Positions 62,936 to 64,000 of a DNA stretch of 64,000 bases are shown piece by piece. Position numbers and translations under genes: made by a program. The notes below the pieces were generated by a model. The model was not told where the DNA came from. It did not search any database and was given only the letters and a program-made list of their open reading frames with translations. The DNA comes from Eledone cirrhosa (Eukaryota). Where the stretch lies: positions 34,162,001-34,226,000 of the forward strand of contig OZ024747.1 in assembly GCA_964016885.1 (NCBI GenBank), given 5' to 3'. Numbering within the stretch: the first letter of the stretch is position 1; every line of letters begins with the position of its first letter.

Positions 62936-64000
62936 TGCAGTACTGGTACTGAGGGGGGGGGGGTGAGACCAATTATCGATGAATGGGGAAAGGCAGAGTG
63001 GGTATGGAGGAATTCCAGCACTCTTGAAAAGGCTAACTGAACACTTAAACTGTAGGCATATACTGTATATATACATGTACTGTACATATACATATACTGT
63101 ATATATACATGTATACAAGGTGTAACAAGTAAATTGAGGCAAGTTTAAAATGGGTATGTTTTTAATTGTATAGATTTTGTTGAATTCTAAATTCTAAAGC
63201 TTGAATGATCACTTATTCATAATTTGTTCAATCTGAAATAAGAAGTAGTATGTTAATAAACAATTAAACCGTAGAAGTGTGTGTATATATATCCATCTAT
63301 ACATACACACACAGACATGTATATATGCATGTATCCACATATATACATGTATAAGTTATATGTATATATTTACACTCAATCACATACATGCATATGTACA
63401 TACATACGAATGTATGTGTATGTGTGGCTATAAACATAAGTAAGAAAGCAAAACCAGAAATATTTCTAGGGAGTGTAATGTATGCGCAACTATTTTCCTT
63501 TCTTGAGTGTGTGATTGTATTTGCGTGATTTATAGAACGTAAAAACAATGCAAAACGAATTTAAAGAGAAAATAACAATTAACATTTCAAGTAAAACTAA
63601 ATTTCGAAAACAAACTCTCAGTTTTGTTTTTGTCTTTACTATGCATGTTTGAAAAATTAAACACTGCTTCGTAAATTATTTTAAATATTCCGTAATATAA
63701 TTTGCAAATAGAAAGTGGTTTTTCTACTTGTAACTTTTTCTTGTAATGAATGTTGGGTGTCATATAAGCATGAAACGTGAAAAAAAACAACCCTTCTTCT
63801 TGCCGAGTTTACATTTGTCTTTAATTTACAGGTTTGTTTGCACTTATGTATTTGGGCTTATAAAGTTTACTTTTCTACAAAGCTGTTTCTCTTTCAAATC
63901 GATTGCATCCAAGAATGACAAACGACTTTCAATTGAAACCTGGCCAGCAGAAACTGTATGGAATCTTATTTGATGTATTTACAAATCTTTGCACCAGTTA

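Overview
AT-rich, microsatellite-dense eukaryotic intergenic or intronic DNA. I could not support any host gene. The SINE content (a CORE-type tRNA SINE resembling octopus OR2, plus a Meta-domain SINE) and the repeat landscape suggest a cephalopod such as Octopus; this is inference. Bases 1-9.6 kb are a head-to-tail array of R4/Dong-type restriction-endonuclease-like (RLE) non-LTR retrotransposons, each ending in (TAA)n. The rest is a graveyard of Penelope-like elements (PLEs: Neptune-type, CxC-linker Hydra-type, possibly one Naiad-type) with pseudo-LTRs (pLTRs) and fold-back inversions inside (TA)n/(CA)n runs, plus SINEs, RTE fragments and Helentron/HINE-like elements. The main signal is in the RNA. 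Read by eye, the pLTR-like repeats carry at least seven hammerhead ribozyme (HHR) families. Two unrelated families use the compensatory U3-A8 core (UUGANAA). One family, with 3 copies plus a divergent relic, has all hammerhead core strands in an order (UH strand, GAAA strand, CUGANGA strand) that is not a type I/II/III circular permutation. It is held by pseudoknotted helices and a box C/D-type kink-turn, with compensatory base changes between copies. All structures are manual predictions; activity and novelty need folding, database and cleavage tests.
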